From positions 224,001-288,000 of the IMG/VR virus record IMGVR_UViG_3300047469_000103: a stretch of DNA of 64,000 nucleotides; one strand, 5' to 3'. This document shows, piece by piece, positions 20,097 to 28,839 of the stretch. Positions within the stretch are counted from its first letter, which is position 1. Every line of letters starts with the position of its first letter. A model generated the notes under the pieces. That model was not told the DNA's origin, did not search any database, and was given only the letters and a program-made list of their open reading frames with translations. The stretch comes from a virus. Its lineage: Duplodnaviria > Caudoviricetes. Position numbers and translations under genes: made by a program.

Positions 20097-21109
20097 GATG
20101 GTTCCATAATTGTGTTGAGTTTTACTTTTTCATCCTTGCTGACATTCAAGATTTTAGTCAGCTTACTCAGCGAGCGCGCATCATAGATTTTGCGCTTGCC
20201 GACGATGAACGAAATCATCCGGTTTTCACCGTACTGCGAGACGCGATGAATAATGTCAGTGTTTGGCAAATTCACAGCGCGCTTCAGATACGGGAGAACT
20301 TGAGCAAGGAATTTGTTAATGTCGTCAGGCTGCACAAAAGGTTTGAGAATAACGTTCAATTTATCGTCCGTTACTTCTACGTTCTGCACCATCTTTGACG
20401 CCAGCAGCGAATCGTCTTTCGGCTCGGGTTTACCCACGTATTCGAAATCAGACAGATTGCCCATGATGTAGGTTTGCACGTCTTTTGCAGTGTCCACATT
20501 GGACTCTTCGGACGATACAAAAGGCGAGTCAGGAATAGACACGCGGTATTGCCCACCCATAAGCGAAAGCTTTACGGTGATTGGGCCAGAAACAAAACCG
20601 TTTTTATCCGTCACGCCATGATCTGTCCGAAAACAAATCATTTGATATTCAGGCAGACGAATATGCAGTTGCGTCGTCGGGCTGATACGCGAAAGAATGC
20701 GGTACACGGTTTCGGAAAGATACGACAAATGTTTATCCATACGGGATGCACATACGCCGTCGATCAAATCCATTACGGTCTTTTGAAACGACCGGATGTT
20801 TGTTTGCTGCGCGTTAATCATATTGAAACAACGATCACGCTTTGAATCGGAAAACTCTTGTGCGACCGAACGGGCGCAGCGCAATTCAACCAACGAATCA
20901 ACGCAAAATTGTAAGGCTTCCACGGCGTCCGACACTTTCAAATATGGAAGCTTTTTCTGATTGAACTTCGATACCAAAACGCTAAAAGTCGTATTAATCT
21001 TTGACAATACGGTAATGACTTCATTCGCGTTTCGGGCGTTCTTTAAATCAATGACATTTGGATTGTCATCAATATACTTTGATTGTATTTGCAATGCTCG
21101 AACACCCAA
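20093..21109 (-). CDS. hypothetical protein, possible paralog of 18897..20096
   Basis: 338 aa; TTG start; similar domain order to the downstream gene. Confidence 0.65.
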   Translation of the reverse strand: MGVRALQIQSKYIDDNPNVIDLKNARNANEVITVLSKINTTFSVLVSKFNQKKLPYLKVSDAVEALQFCVDSLVELRCARSVAQEFSDSKRDRCFNMINAQQTNIRSFQKTVMDLIDGVCASRMDKHLSYLSETVYRILSRISPTTQLHIRLPEYQMICFRTDHGVTDKNGFVSGPITVKLSLMGGQYRVSIPDSPFVSSEESNVDTAKDVQTYIMGNLSDFEYVGKPEPKDDSLLASKMVQNVEVTDDKLNVILKPFVQPDDINKFLAQVLPYLKRAVNLPNTDIIHRVSQYGENRMISFIVGKRKIYDARSLSKLTKILNVSKDEKVKLNTIMEPS

Positions 21110-21146
21110 ATAAGTGGATATACAATAAAATTAGCGTCCAGATAGC

Positions 21147-21187
21147 AAAAAACCCGCCGATCCACTAGGGAAGGGCGGGTTTCTTTT
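21147..21187 (-). terminator. intrinsic terminator with 2x2 internal loop
   Basis: CCCGCC-ga-TCC-actag-GGA-ag-GGCGGG; U6 tract on the minus strand after the histone-like gene. Confidence 0.85.
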
Positions 21188-21210
21188 ATTGCAAAACAAT
21201 CATTCAGCTA

Positions 21211-22647
21211 TTAACCGAACGAAGCTTTTTTGTTACCGGACTTCTTCGGAACAGCGCCACCTTTCGGTTTAGAGGCTGCTTTCGGAGCGGCCTTTGGAGC
21301 GGCCTTTGGAGCGGCTGCTTTTTTCACAGCGGCTTTAGTACCGGCTTTACCCGGTGCAGTTTTACCGGCTGGGGCTTTCAACGAAGTTTTGCTACCGTTG
21401 GAAGTTTTCTTGGCCGGTGCGGCTGCTTCGGTTTTTGGCTTGGCTGGACGGCCACGCTTTTTCGGAGCGGCTGCGGCTGGTGCGGCTTCGGTTTTTGGCT
21501 TGGCTGGACGGCCACGCTTTTTAGCCGGTGCTGCTGGTGCTGCGTCAGCTTTTGGTTTTGCAGGACGACCGCGTTTTTTGGCTGGAGCGGCTGGAGCAGC
21601 AGCTTCAGTTTTTGGTTTCGCTGGACGACCACGTTTTTTCGCTACTGGAGCCGGTGCAGCAGCTTCAGTTTTTGGCTTGGCCGGACGACCGCGCTTTTTA
21701 GCGGCTGGAGCAGCAGCCGGGGCGGCAGCTTCAGTTTTTGGTTTTGCAGGACGACCGCGTTTTTTCGCAACTGGGGCCGGAGCGGCATCAGCTTTTGGTT
21801 TTGCAGGGCGACCGCGTTTTTTCGCTACTGGTGCAACTGGGGCAGCATCAGCTTTTGGCTTGGCTGGACGGCCACGCTTTTTGGCAGGTGCAGCTTCAGC
21901 GGCTGGGGCAGCAGCAGGGACTTTACGAGCTTTTTTCACAGCACCGCCGGTTTTGCCGAAGTGCTTAGTCGAAATAGCCGAAGTTTCTTTTGCAGCAGCT
22001 ACTTTCGCAGCAGCGGCTTTCTTCGGATCAATCGTTTTCAGACGCTTGCCTTTCTTGGAGATTGGCTTGGCGCTGAAATTGCCGATGAAGTCTTTCAGGC
22101 GGAAAACACCACGCTTGGCAGAAGCAGCTTTGATTTTGCCGAGAGTTTTCTGGTGAGTTTTCACCGCTTTCATACGCTCGCCAGCCAGAGTCTTACGCTC
22201 GGAAGCGTAACGTTGCTTTTCAGCAGCGCGCATTTTCATACGAACGGCTGGGGCAACCTTGGCGGTACGGATTTTCATCAGTGCCTTTTTGTGGGCGCTG
22301 GAAACGGCTTGCGATTTTGCTTTCAGTTGGCCGCGAACGGATTTCTGAGCAGTAACAGCCTGACGTTTCTGTTCGGAAGCGTGCTTACCAGCGTGGCGCA
22401 TTTTGCGGTTCTTTTTGTAGGCCGCAACAGCTTTTTTCGCTTCAGCTTCGGTAGCACCGTGACGCATGGCGCGAAGGAATACCACGTTTTCCAAGTGCGC
22501 CAGTTTTTCACCGTGCGACATGGTTTTGTAGCGGTTCTTCGACGCCTTGTTCAGCTTCGATTTGTTTTTGTTGCGGTATTGTTTGGCCTTTTTGGCGGCG
22601 ATGCGCGCCTCGGGGCTTTTGTCCTTACGGACGACTTTCGTGACCAT
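21211..22647 (-). CDS. histone H1/HMGA-like basic DNA-binding protein with eight AT-hook repeats
   Basis: K/A/P-rich 478 aa; eight KKRGRPAKPK units (AT-hook core RGRP). Confidence 0.85.
   Translation of the reverse strand: MVTKVVRKDKSPEARIAAKKAKQYRNKNKSKLNKASKNRYKTMSHGEKLAHLENVVFLRAMRHGATEAEAKKAVAAYKKNRKMRHAGKHASEQKRQAVTAQKSVRGQLKAKSQAVSSAHKKALMKIRTAKVAPAVRMKMRAAEKQRYASERKTLAGERMKAVKTHQKTLGKIKAASAKRGVFRLKDFIGNFSAKPISKKGKRLKTIDPKKAAAAKVAAAKETSAISTKHFGKTGGAVKKARKVPAAAPAAEAAPAKKRGRPAKPKADAAPVAPVAKKRGRPAKPKADAAPAPVAKKRGRPAKPKTEAAAPAAAPAAKKRGRPAKPKTEAAAPAPVAKKRGRPAKPKTEAAAPAAPAKKRGRPAKPKADAAPAAPAKKRGRPAKPKTEAAPAAAAPKKRGRPAKPKTEAAAPAKKTSNGSKTSLKAPAGKTAPGKAGTKAAVKKAAAPKAAPKAAPKAASKPKGGAVPKKSGNKKASFG
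21420..21885 (-). repeat. coding tandem repeat, 8 x ~57-66 nt encoding (A)KKRGRPAKPK(TE/AD)AA(A)P
   Basis: Repeated ttttggctt/tttggtttt...ggacgaccgcg/ggacggccacg units with synonymous differences; boundaries approximate. Confidence 0.9.
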
Positions 22648-22743
22648 CGGAGCATCCTCGATTATAGGGTTTTGGTAGTTGGCCTACAATCGTAGCGCCA
22701 CGATGTACCAACTAATAATAAATTAGTATTATCGCGGATTTAA

Positions 22744-23793
22744 TCACGAGGCCGAAATGCCCAGCCGGGCACAAGCCTTTTTAACTTCTTTTCGACCGGC
22801 TTTAATCATTTCTTTATCAAAGCCTTCTGCCACCATGAACTCTTTTAAACCAAACATTGGATCAATATCAATGTTTTCCACTTTAATTGATTCATCTTCG
22901 GAAACATTCGATTTTTTCGCACCAGCTTTATGAATGCCACCGGTAATGTTTGGGTATTGAATCATCAGGTCGGCTGGAATAGGAACGTCTTCAGCTACGT
23001 GCAGCTTGTAACGAACGTTATCTGCATAAACCAGTTTCTTGTAATCATTGAGGTCATTAATCTCAACGTTCTGCAAAGTAAAGTTTGGTTTGTTTTCAAC
23101 GAACTTATGTTGGAATGCAACCCGGTTTCCATCCATGCTGGCTTTAAAATGAATAAAGCCTTTTGGCAATGCTTCACCAAAGTTTTTCTGGAATGGATTA
23201 CCGCAATAAACGGCCCGCTTTGCTTTCATGAATTGGTATTGGTGAATATGCCCGGAAATAGTGAAATCGTTTTTGTGGGTTTCCAATTCATGTTTGGTTT
23301 TCAATGAACGACCATTGTCACCAATTGCGCCGCTGTATTCAACGTGCGCAAAGTTTAATGCACCCTGTTTAGTGGACAGGGTTTTCAGGCATGGATACGG
23401 CAGGAAATTCACCGGTACGTTTTCGATTACAACGCGTTCCGGTTTCAGGATGATTTTCAGACGCTTAAACGCTTTCGACGTTGCCAGCTTGTGCATGAAA
23501 TTCATCGACGTATTTTCGATATCACCGAAGTCATGGTTGCCCATGATGTAATACGTGTAAAGGTTTTCATCGTGACGCAAAAACAAATCGTACAGCTTGC
23601 CGTAGGTATCCCAATCGAGGTCAGGTGTATCAGACAAATCGCCGGGAATAAATACGTGTTTAATACCGTTGCTATACGCGTACTGATAAATCTTTTCCAT
23701 TTCCGCCAAGATGCGATCATTTGCATCGGGGAAATGTTTGTTCAAACCGTCAAGGTGAACGTCAGAAAATGCAATGCCTTCAAGATCAGCCAC
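22744..23793 (-). CDS. sbcD: SbcD/Mre11-like metallophosphoesterase nuclease
   Basis: FSDVHL, IPGDLSD, MGNHD, GHIHQ, YCGNP. Confidence 0.9.
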   Translation of the reverse strand: MADLEGIAFSDVHLDGLNKHFPDANDRILAEMEKIYQYAYSNGIKHVFIPGDLSDTPDLDWDTYGKLYDLFLRHDENLYTYYIMGNHDFGDIENTSMNFMHKLATSKAFKRLKIILKPERVVIENVPVNFLPYPCLKTLSTKQGALNFAHVEYSGAIGDNGRSLKTKHELETHKNDFTISGHIHQYQFMKAKRAVYCGNPFQKNFGEALPKGFIHFKASMDGNRVAFQHKFVENKPNFTLQNVEINDLNDYKKLVYADNVRYKLHVAEDVPIPADLMIQYPNITGGIHKAGAKKSNVSEDESIKVENIDIDPMFGLKEFMVAEGFDKEMIKAGRKEVKKACARLGISAS

Positions 23794-24238
23794 GTTTTAC
23801 TTCCACTGTGAATTGGATAAACTTCAAGGGGCGCGAAGGCTTGAATGAATATGGCATAACCATCATACCGATCAGGCCACGTCCGCGCTTTTTCGCCGTG
23901 CGTTTATTACGCAGAAAGATGTGCGTAATTCGTTCACCGTCAGCAGTGTTACCGCCGACCAAAACGCCACGTCGATTTCCTCGTTTTTCATCATTTACAG
24001 TATAGGATTCGACGATGCCTTCACCCGGCCCGCCGACTGTGAAATCATTAATGCCGCGCTTCTCTTTTAAATCGTTCAGAAATTCTTTGATTTTCGGTTT
24101 CGCGTCCTCGGTCAGTTCACCGATAAGCGGAGTCAGTTGCTCGCTAATATGCTGCACCATTCTGCGCACGTTGATTTCGTCGATGGCGCTACGTGCTGCG
24201 AAATCGTTGTGGACTTCGAATACTTCTTCAGTGTTCAA
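23786..24238 (-). CDS. stand-alone tail sheath C-terminal domain protein
   Basis: TTG 24238 with AGGA SD; AIDEINVRRM...FLNDLKEKRGINDFTV...FKPSRPLKFIQF matches T4 gp18 C-terminal FDRINVRRL...GIYEYRV...QPARSINYI. Confidence 0.7.
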   Translation of the reverse strand: MNTEEVFEVHNDFAARSAIDEINVRRMVQHISEQLTPLIGELTEDAKPKIKEFLNDLKEKRGINDFTVGGPGEGIVESYTVNDEKRGNRRGVLVGGNTADGERITHIFLRNKRTAKKRGRGLIGMMVMPYSFKPSRPLKFIQFTVEVKRG

Positions 24239-24545
24239 GTTTATATTCCTTTGTGCGCAGACATGAACCGAAATAAATCTGTTTGTTGTGCAGGTTGTTG
24301 ACGAACGCCAAACGCTCTTCGTCGAGTTCGAAACGCTGTGCAATTTCTGCGAGCGTATCATTCGTTTTGATGTGGTAAATGCCGAAGCTTTCCACCAAAT
24401 CACGTTCGTACTGAATTTCATTGAACGCATCAGCCGGAAGAGTGTAGACGCAACGCTTCCTGAAAATCGGATGGTCGTTAACGTGTACTTTTTCGATCAG
24501 ATGTTCGATTAATTCTTCACGATCCATTTCGACTGCTGCGTTCAT
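24228..24545 (-). CDS. LysM domain protein
   Basis: YHIKTNDTLAEIAQRFELDEERLAFVNNL; start set at ATG 24545. Confidence 0.75.
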   Translation of the reverse strand: MNAAVEMDREELIEHLIEKVHVNDHPIFRKRCVYTLPADAFNEIQYERDLVESFGIYHIKTNDTLAEIAQRFELDEERLAFVNNLHNKQIYFGSCLRTKEYKLEH

Positions 24546-24550
24546 TTCAA

Positions 24551-24907
24551 TCACCGTAGTTTGATTACTTGGCCGGGGAAGATCAGGTGTGGATTTTCCA
24601 GATTGTTCAACGTAGCGAGAGTGCGCCACGAATGGCCGGTGCCTTCACCGATGTGCGAGAGCGTATCGCCTTCTTGCACAATGTACATGCCGTATTCTTT
24701 CGACACCGCATAACGCAGTTTTTTCTTCAGCGTTTTCAGTTCTTCGCCGGTGATTTCGTGGATTTCCAGACCATGCGCAGTGTGGCGAGCGACGGTATCT
24801 TTAATCGCATGATTTGCAGCAACGATTGTTGCGCCCGGTGACACAGAGATTTTGCCGTCCGTGTTGATATTCACATTACCGGCAGAAATATTGACTTCGG
24901 TATTCAT
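24551..24907 (-). CDS. LysM domain protein
   Basis: YIVQEGDTLSHIG...WRTLATLNNLENPHLIFPGQVIKL; ATG 24907 in ATGA overlap. Confidence 0.9.
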   Translation of the reverse strand: MNTEVNISAGNVNINTDGKISVSPGATIVAANHAIKDTVARHTAHGLEIHEITGEELKTLKKKLRYAVSKEYGMYIVQEGDTLSHIGEGTGHSWRTLATLNNLENPHLIFPGQVIKLR

Positions 24908-25269
24908 GAGATTGCAGGTGCCTCGTCGATTTTCAGTTCTTCGGGAGTTTTGATATTCCGTGCGGCCCACATACTGGCACGCAGGCGATTCAAACCTTCG
25001 ACACTCATTTGATCTTGCGCATAACTTTCTTCGGTGTGGAACGGATGATCGACGTGGCCGATAGTGCCAACATTCGGAAATTTCTTACCGAACTTTTGCA
25101 GCTTGGCTTCTTCGTCGAGATTGCGAATGTGCTGATTGAACTGGCGCAGCATTTGGTCATAAGCGGCACGCTGATAAACATATGCGTTTTGCGGTTCGAA
25201 ATTCCCGAGGTTTGCTTGCTGGATACAGTGCGCCAGAAACTTTACGGGCGGGCGAATTGGGATAGCCAT
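24904..25269 (-). CDS. hypothetical protein
   Basis: 121 aa ORF in operon. Confidence 0.7.
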   Translation of the reverse strand: MAIPIRPPVKFLAHCIQQANLGNFEPQNAYVYQRAAYDQMLRQFNQHIRNLDEEAKLQKFGKKFPNVGTIGHVDHPFHTEESYAQDQMSVEGLNRLRASMWAARNIKTPEELKIDEAPAIS

Positions 25270-25281
25270 GACGGTTCCTTG

Positions 25282-25752
25282 TTAATACGAATGTGTGAAA
25301 TTCAGCGTGTAACGTTTGCCGTGAACACGAGCGAGACGCTGGCTACGGAATTCGATTTCGACGTTCGCAATACCCGTGTGATAAATCAGGGTAGCGCCGC
25401 GCTTGTGGGAGCGAACCGAAAAACGTTTGTAATCTGGCGGATTGTTAATTGCGCCGTACCAGTTCTGCATGAATTTGTGTGCGGCGTTCGATTGCTCGAA
25501 ATAGCTGTGTGACGAAACCGGTTTTGATGGTTTACGCTCGTGGAAAATCGAACCTGTTTCTTTGTCCGCATTCAGCGTAACGTTCATCATCTGCGAAGGG
25601 AATACGCCGGGGTGACGGGCGTTAACTTCGAACAGCGGCATGCCGTCAAATTCAATCGTCCATTTCTGCGCTGTTTCTTTTGGTGCAACGTTGCCAATCC
25701 ACACGTGACCGGTAACGTCCATCAAATTCGCTGGTGAACTTTGCTCTACCAT
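25282..25752 (-). CDS. hypothetical protein
   Basis: 156 aa ORF in operon. Confidence 0.7.
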   Translation of the reverse strand: MVEQSSPANLMDVTGHVWIGNVAPKETAQKWTIEFDGMPLFEVNARHPGVFPSQMMNVTLNADKETGSIFHERKPSKPVSSHSYFEQSNAAHKFMQNWYGAINNPPDYKRFSVRSHKRGATLIYHTGIANVEIEFRSQRLARVHGKRYTLNFTHSY

Positions 25753-26204
25753 CCCCGTCTTCCTATGCCGTGTTTTTTCATATCCACGCGGGCTTCACGC
25801 GCAGAACGATATTCGTACCAATAAGTCGTGCTGGTATTGTCTTTCGGGTTACGTTCCCAAACATAAACCATAACTTTTCCGCGACGATGCACGAGCGAGT
25901 AAATGTATTTCGTTTGGTATTTCGGATTCGGTTGATACACGTCGCAGATAATTGAAATTCCGGTCAACGTGCCTATGCTTCCGGTCAACAGTGGCGCAGT
26001 GTCAACGGGAACCGGTTCGACTGTTTCAGCAGCGCCCGTACCGTAATGCGCTTCACATGGCCGCGCTGGTAATGACCACGGATAATCCATCGGCATTGTG
26101 TAGATGCCACCGCCTTTTTTCATGCGCGGTAATTCGTTACGCTGTTCTGTACAGCGCACGTTTTCCAATTCACTTAAAACCCATCCTTTCATCCCGTCCA
26201 TCAT
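25746..26204 (-). CDS. hypothetical protein
   Basis: ATG 26204 in ATGA overlap. Confidence 0.65.
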   Translation of the reverse strand: MMDGMKGWVLSELENVRCTEQRNELPRMKKGGGIYTMPMDYPWSLPARPCEAHYGTGAAETVEPVPVDTAPLLTGSIGTLTGISIICDVYQPNPKYQTKYIYSLVHRRGKVMVYVWERNPKDNTSTTYWYEYRSAREARVDMKKHGIGRRGW

Positions 26205-26560
26205 GCCTGTGCCTCTACCGGTTTTGGTTTCCACAACTTGGCAAACTTCAGAACGTTCGGCACGTTGTCAGATTCAACCGGGAGGATAACCAGACAGGAA
26301 GGCTGTGCATCGCAAATTGTGTTCTCGTGGCCTTCGTGGCACACCAGAGTTTCACGAATTTTATCAAACTCGCGACGGTTCACACGCAGCACAACTTTAC
26401 GGAAAGAATCGTTCAACCATTTGTGATAGCAAAGGAACTCTGCGTCTGGCCGAAGTGGCGATGCGAATCTTATATGTGCCGTCAGAATCGAATGCGCAAC
26501 CAGCGTCGGCACCATGTAGTCGGGAGCGTCGTCGAGGACTGCGATGTACATCTTTTTCAT
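26201..26560 (-). CDS. peptidyl-tRNA hydrolase type 2 (Pth2)-like protein
   Basis: KMYIAVLDD...VAHSILTAH...KWLNDSFRKVVLRV...CLVILP...KLW follows the Pth2 pattern KMVIVVR...SHAAV...W...KVVLK. Confidence 0.65.
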   Translation of the reverse strand: MKKMYIAVLDDAPDYMVPTLVAHSILTAHIRFASPLRPDAEFLCYHKWLNDSFRKVVLRVNRREFDKIRETLVCHEGHENTICDAQPSCLVILPVESDNVPNVLKFAKLWKPKPVEAQA

Positions 26561-26901
26561 TTCTTCGCCCTTCTATTTTTGATCCAGACCTTCGCGGTAC
26601 GCAGGCTACGGAATTTCAGAACGCTACCCTTTGGCAGCAACAGGAAAACAATCGCGCCCCACTTCGACGAATACACAGACGCGTAATCCCACGCAAGTTT
26701 TTTCCATTCGTCTTCGGGAACCTGCATCGCGTCAATGCGCGCAACAGCACGGCGATTGCGACGGTATTCAGTTTCGAGTTTTGCTTGAGGCAGACGGGTT
26801 TGGTACAACTTCAAAAGCGTCATGCCATCATCGCGAACCATGCTACGCAAATCCCAATTCTGAGTCGTCATTTTATAGATGCCCTGAATTCTTTTACCCA
26901 C
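26557..26901 (-). CDS. hypothetical protein
   Basis: 114 aa; C-terminal KFRSLRTAKVWIK. Confidence 0.7.
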   Translation of the reverse strand: MGKRIQGIYKMTTQNWDLRSMVRDDGMTLLKLYQTRLPQAKLETEYRRNRRAVARIDAMQVPEDEWKKLAWDYASVYSSKWGAIVFLLLPKGSVLKFRSLRTAKVWIKNRRAKK

Positions 26902-27209
26902 ATTTTCGCATAGCGACGGGAACGGAATTTCGTAACCTGTCTGATCGGGTAGATCGTGTGGACGTTAACGCCGCGACGGTGCGAGCTAACGAGGGCTACG
27001 CGCTTCAGCGAATCCATCATTTGCTTCTGTTTCACGCGTGCGAATTCTACAAAGCGTGCATTCGATACAGCCATTTGTGCAGCGTAAGACGACGTGTCTA
27101 CTGCACCGTTTAAAAACTCTTCAGACAGGCCCAGCGCTGCCAGCTTCTGTCGGTTCATTTCTTCCAGAGTCGGATTGTCCACTTGCGTGTTCCTTTTCAT
27201 GGCGGGCAA
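26868..27209 (-). CDS. hypothetical protein (start may be ATG 27158)
   Basis: C-terminal KFRSRRYAKMWVK. Confidence 0.65.
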   Translation of the reverse strand: MPAMKRNTQVDNPTLEEMNRQKLAALGLSEEFLNGAVDTSSYAAQMAVSNARFVEFARVKQKQMMDSLKRVALVSSHRRGVNVHTIYPIRQVTKFRSRRYAKMWVKEFRASIK

Positions 27210-27432
27210 TCGCCTCTGTAATAAAATTCAGAGCGTAGCAATTTGCGCGCACGTAATTGTAACCAGCGTAACCGTCGGAGAATACAACCAGAGCCGGGTA
27301 CGATTTCGGGTAGCCTTTGATATCTGGTTTGCTGTCGCTGTTCCAGAATTCTTTGGCCGCTTGTTTGAAGCCTGCTTGCGTCCGCACGATGTACAGGCAC
27401 GGCGTAAGTTTTTCGCGATTATCTGTAATCAT
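27121..27432 (-). CDS. hypothetical protein
   Basis: 103 aa; ATGA coupled to the upstream gene. Confidence 0.65.
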   Translation of the reverse strand: MITDNREKLTPCLYIVRTQAGFKQAAKEFWNSDSKPDIKGYPKSYPALVVFSDGYAGYNYVRANCYALNFITEAIARHEKEHASGQSDSGRNEPTEAGSAGPV

Positions 27433-28181
27433 TTTGCCTTCGCCTTTTTCATACCTTTGACGACCACGCCTTTGTTGATCGCACGAATGTATCGCAATTC
27501 GTAAGCACTGATTTTCAACTGCTTTGCAATATCGTCTTCCTCACCTTCCATCTGCAACGCTTCCCGGTACAGGATCGCTGTCGGACTGGTTAACAAATCA
27601 CTCATTCGTTTGACTTGTTTATCAGTGAGCGGCACGGTCTGGCGTAGCTTATCCAATCGTTTACAGTATTGACTGAAACTCTCTTTCGAAGCCATCCACT
27701 TGCACACCAGTTCCTTGATTGGCTTCTGGTGCGTCTCGCTTGGCGTGAGATAAACAAACGTCATAAACTGCATCAGGAATGTGGCTTGTTGCTTCGCGTG
27801 ATCCTTTGCCATTTTCACAATGTCGAAAGGCAGGCGCACGATTGGAATGTCAGGGCATTTATCCAGACGAACACACGGCGTCAATGCGAAGCCGTCGATG
27901 TGAAAGAATTCTTCTGCGCGGTAATCGGCAGGCGTGAAACTGAATTGCGAAAGCGCGATTGGATCGTCGCACACGTAGGACTGTGCTTTGCGCAGTTCCA
28001 GTCCTTCGCGGTTCCGCTGAAAAGAATGCACACTCATAAAAATGAAATGCGCACGCTTGTTTTTGCGGTCGATGATTTCGTTATCACCAACGATATAAAC
28101 GTCAGAACGTTCGATACCTTCGCCGCGTAGCTTGAGCAATACTTCGTCAGGTGCCTTATGGGCGAACGCAAAAACTTTCAT
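27429..28181 (-). CDS. hypothetical protein with possible C-terminal HTH
   Basis: 250 aa; EEDDIAKQLKISAYELRYIRAI is HTH-like; GAAGGA SD. Confidence 0.65.
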   Translation of the reverse strand: MKVFAFAHKAPDEVLLKLRGEGIERSDVYIVGDNEIIDRKNKRAHFIFMSVHSFQRNREGLELRKAQSYVCDDPIALSQFSFTPADYRAEEFFHIDGFALTPCVRLDKCPDIPIVRLPFDIVKMAKDHAKQQATFLMQFMTFVYLTPSETHQKPIKELVCKWMASKESFSQYCKRLDKLRQTVPLTDKQVKRMSDLLTSPTAILYREALQMEGEEDDIAKQLKISAYELRYIRAINKGVVVKGMKKAKAK

Positions 28182-28337
28182 TTATTTATCCTTCGGGCAT
28201 TTGGCTCGGATCGCAGCCAGTTCTTCGTTGGCACGTAGGCGAGAGGTAGCGAGGCGGGCGTCTCGGTTGAAGTGATTCTGCGCCCGGAAATACGTGAAGT
28301 TGTTCAGAAATTTCGTGTGACGCAATTCGACAGACAT
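28182..28337 (-). CDS. small hypothetical protein (51 aa, below the ORF-track cutoff)
   Basis: GAAGGG SD; MSVELRHTKF...KCPKDK; fills the gap exactly, TAA abuts the next ATG. Confidence 0.65.
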   Translation of the reverse strand: MSVELRHTKFLNNFTYFRAQNHFNRDARLATSRLRANEELAAIRAKCPKDK

Positions 28338-28349
28338 TGTTGTTTCCCT

Positions 28350-28655
28350 TCAGGAATAACCACGCTGCGTAAAGTTCGCAGTCAGGTTGATTGTGTCGAG
28401 CAAGCCGAAACTGAAAACAATTTCGACGTGCCCAAGATGGTCAAATTGCAGACCGATAATGCGCGGGTATTCGACGGTTTCCAATTCAGCGACAAGGTTG
28501 GTGCTGTAGTGATACGCAGTCTCGCCATACTTCGGATTAATCTGCGTCAGCATCGCCAGCAATTCTTCGCCTTTGAAATGACGCACAGCGCGTTCGACTT
28601 CGCTGGCGTCAGTCACGAAATATTGACCGGGTTTAATGTTTGCAAAATTGCTCAT
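28350..28655 (-). CDS. hypothetical protein
   Basis: MSNFANIKPGQ..., start set at ATG 28655. Confidence 0.65.
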   Translation of the reverse strand: MSNFANIKPGQYFVTDASEVERAVRHFKGEELLAMLTQINPKYGETAYHYSTNLVAELETVEYPRIIGLQFDHLGHVEIVFSFGLLDTINLTANFTQRGYS

Positions 28656-28839
28656 GGCGCATCCGGGCTTCGTTAATGGCACGATTACTATCGACGATGG
28701 TTTCCATCATGGCCGTAGGACTCATGCGCCAGCGTGGAATAACTACGTCGGTTTGAATTTTCACGCCACCGGGCAACGGCAGTTCCGCCGCTACTCGCCA
28801 GCCGATTTTCTCTTCGTTACATTTCCATTGAATTTTCAT
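28633..28839 (-). CDS. hypothetical protein
   Basis: 68 aa; ATGA coupled to sbcC. Confidence 0.6.
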   Translation of the reverse strand: MKIQWKCNEEKIGWRVAAELPLPGGVKIQTDVVIPRWRMSPTAMMETIVDSNRAINEARMRHEQFCKH

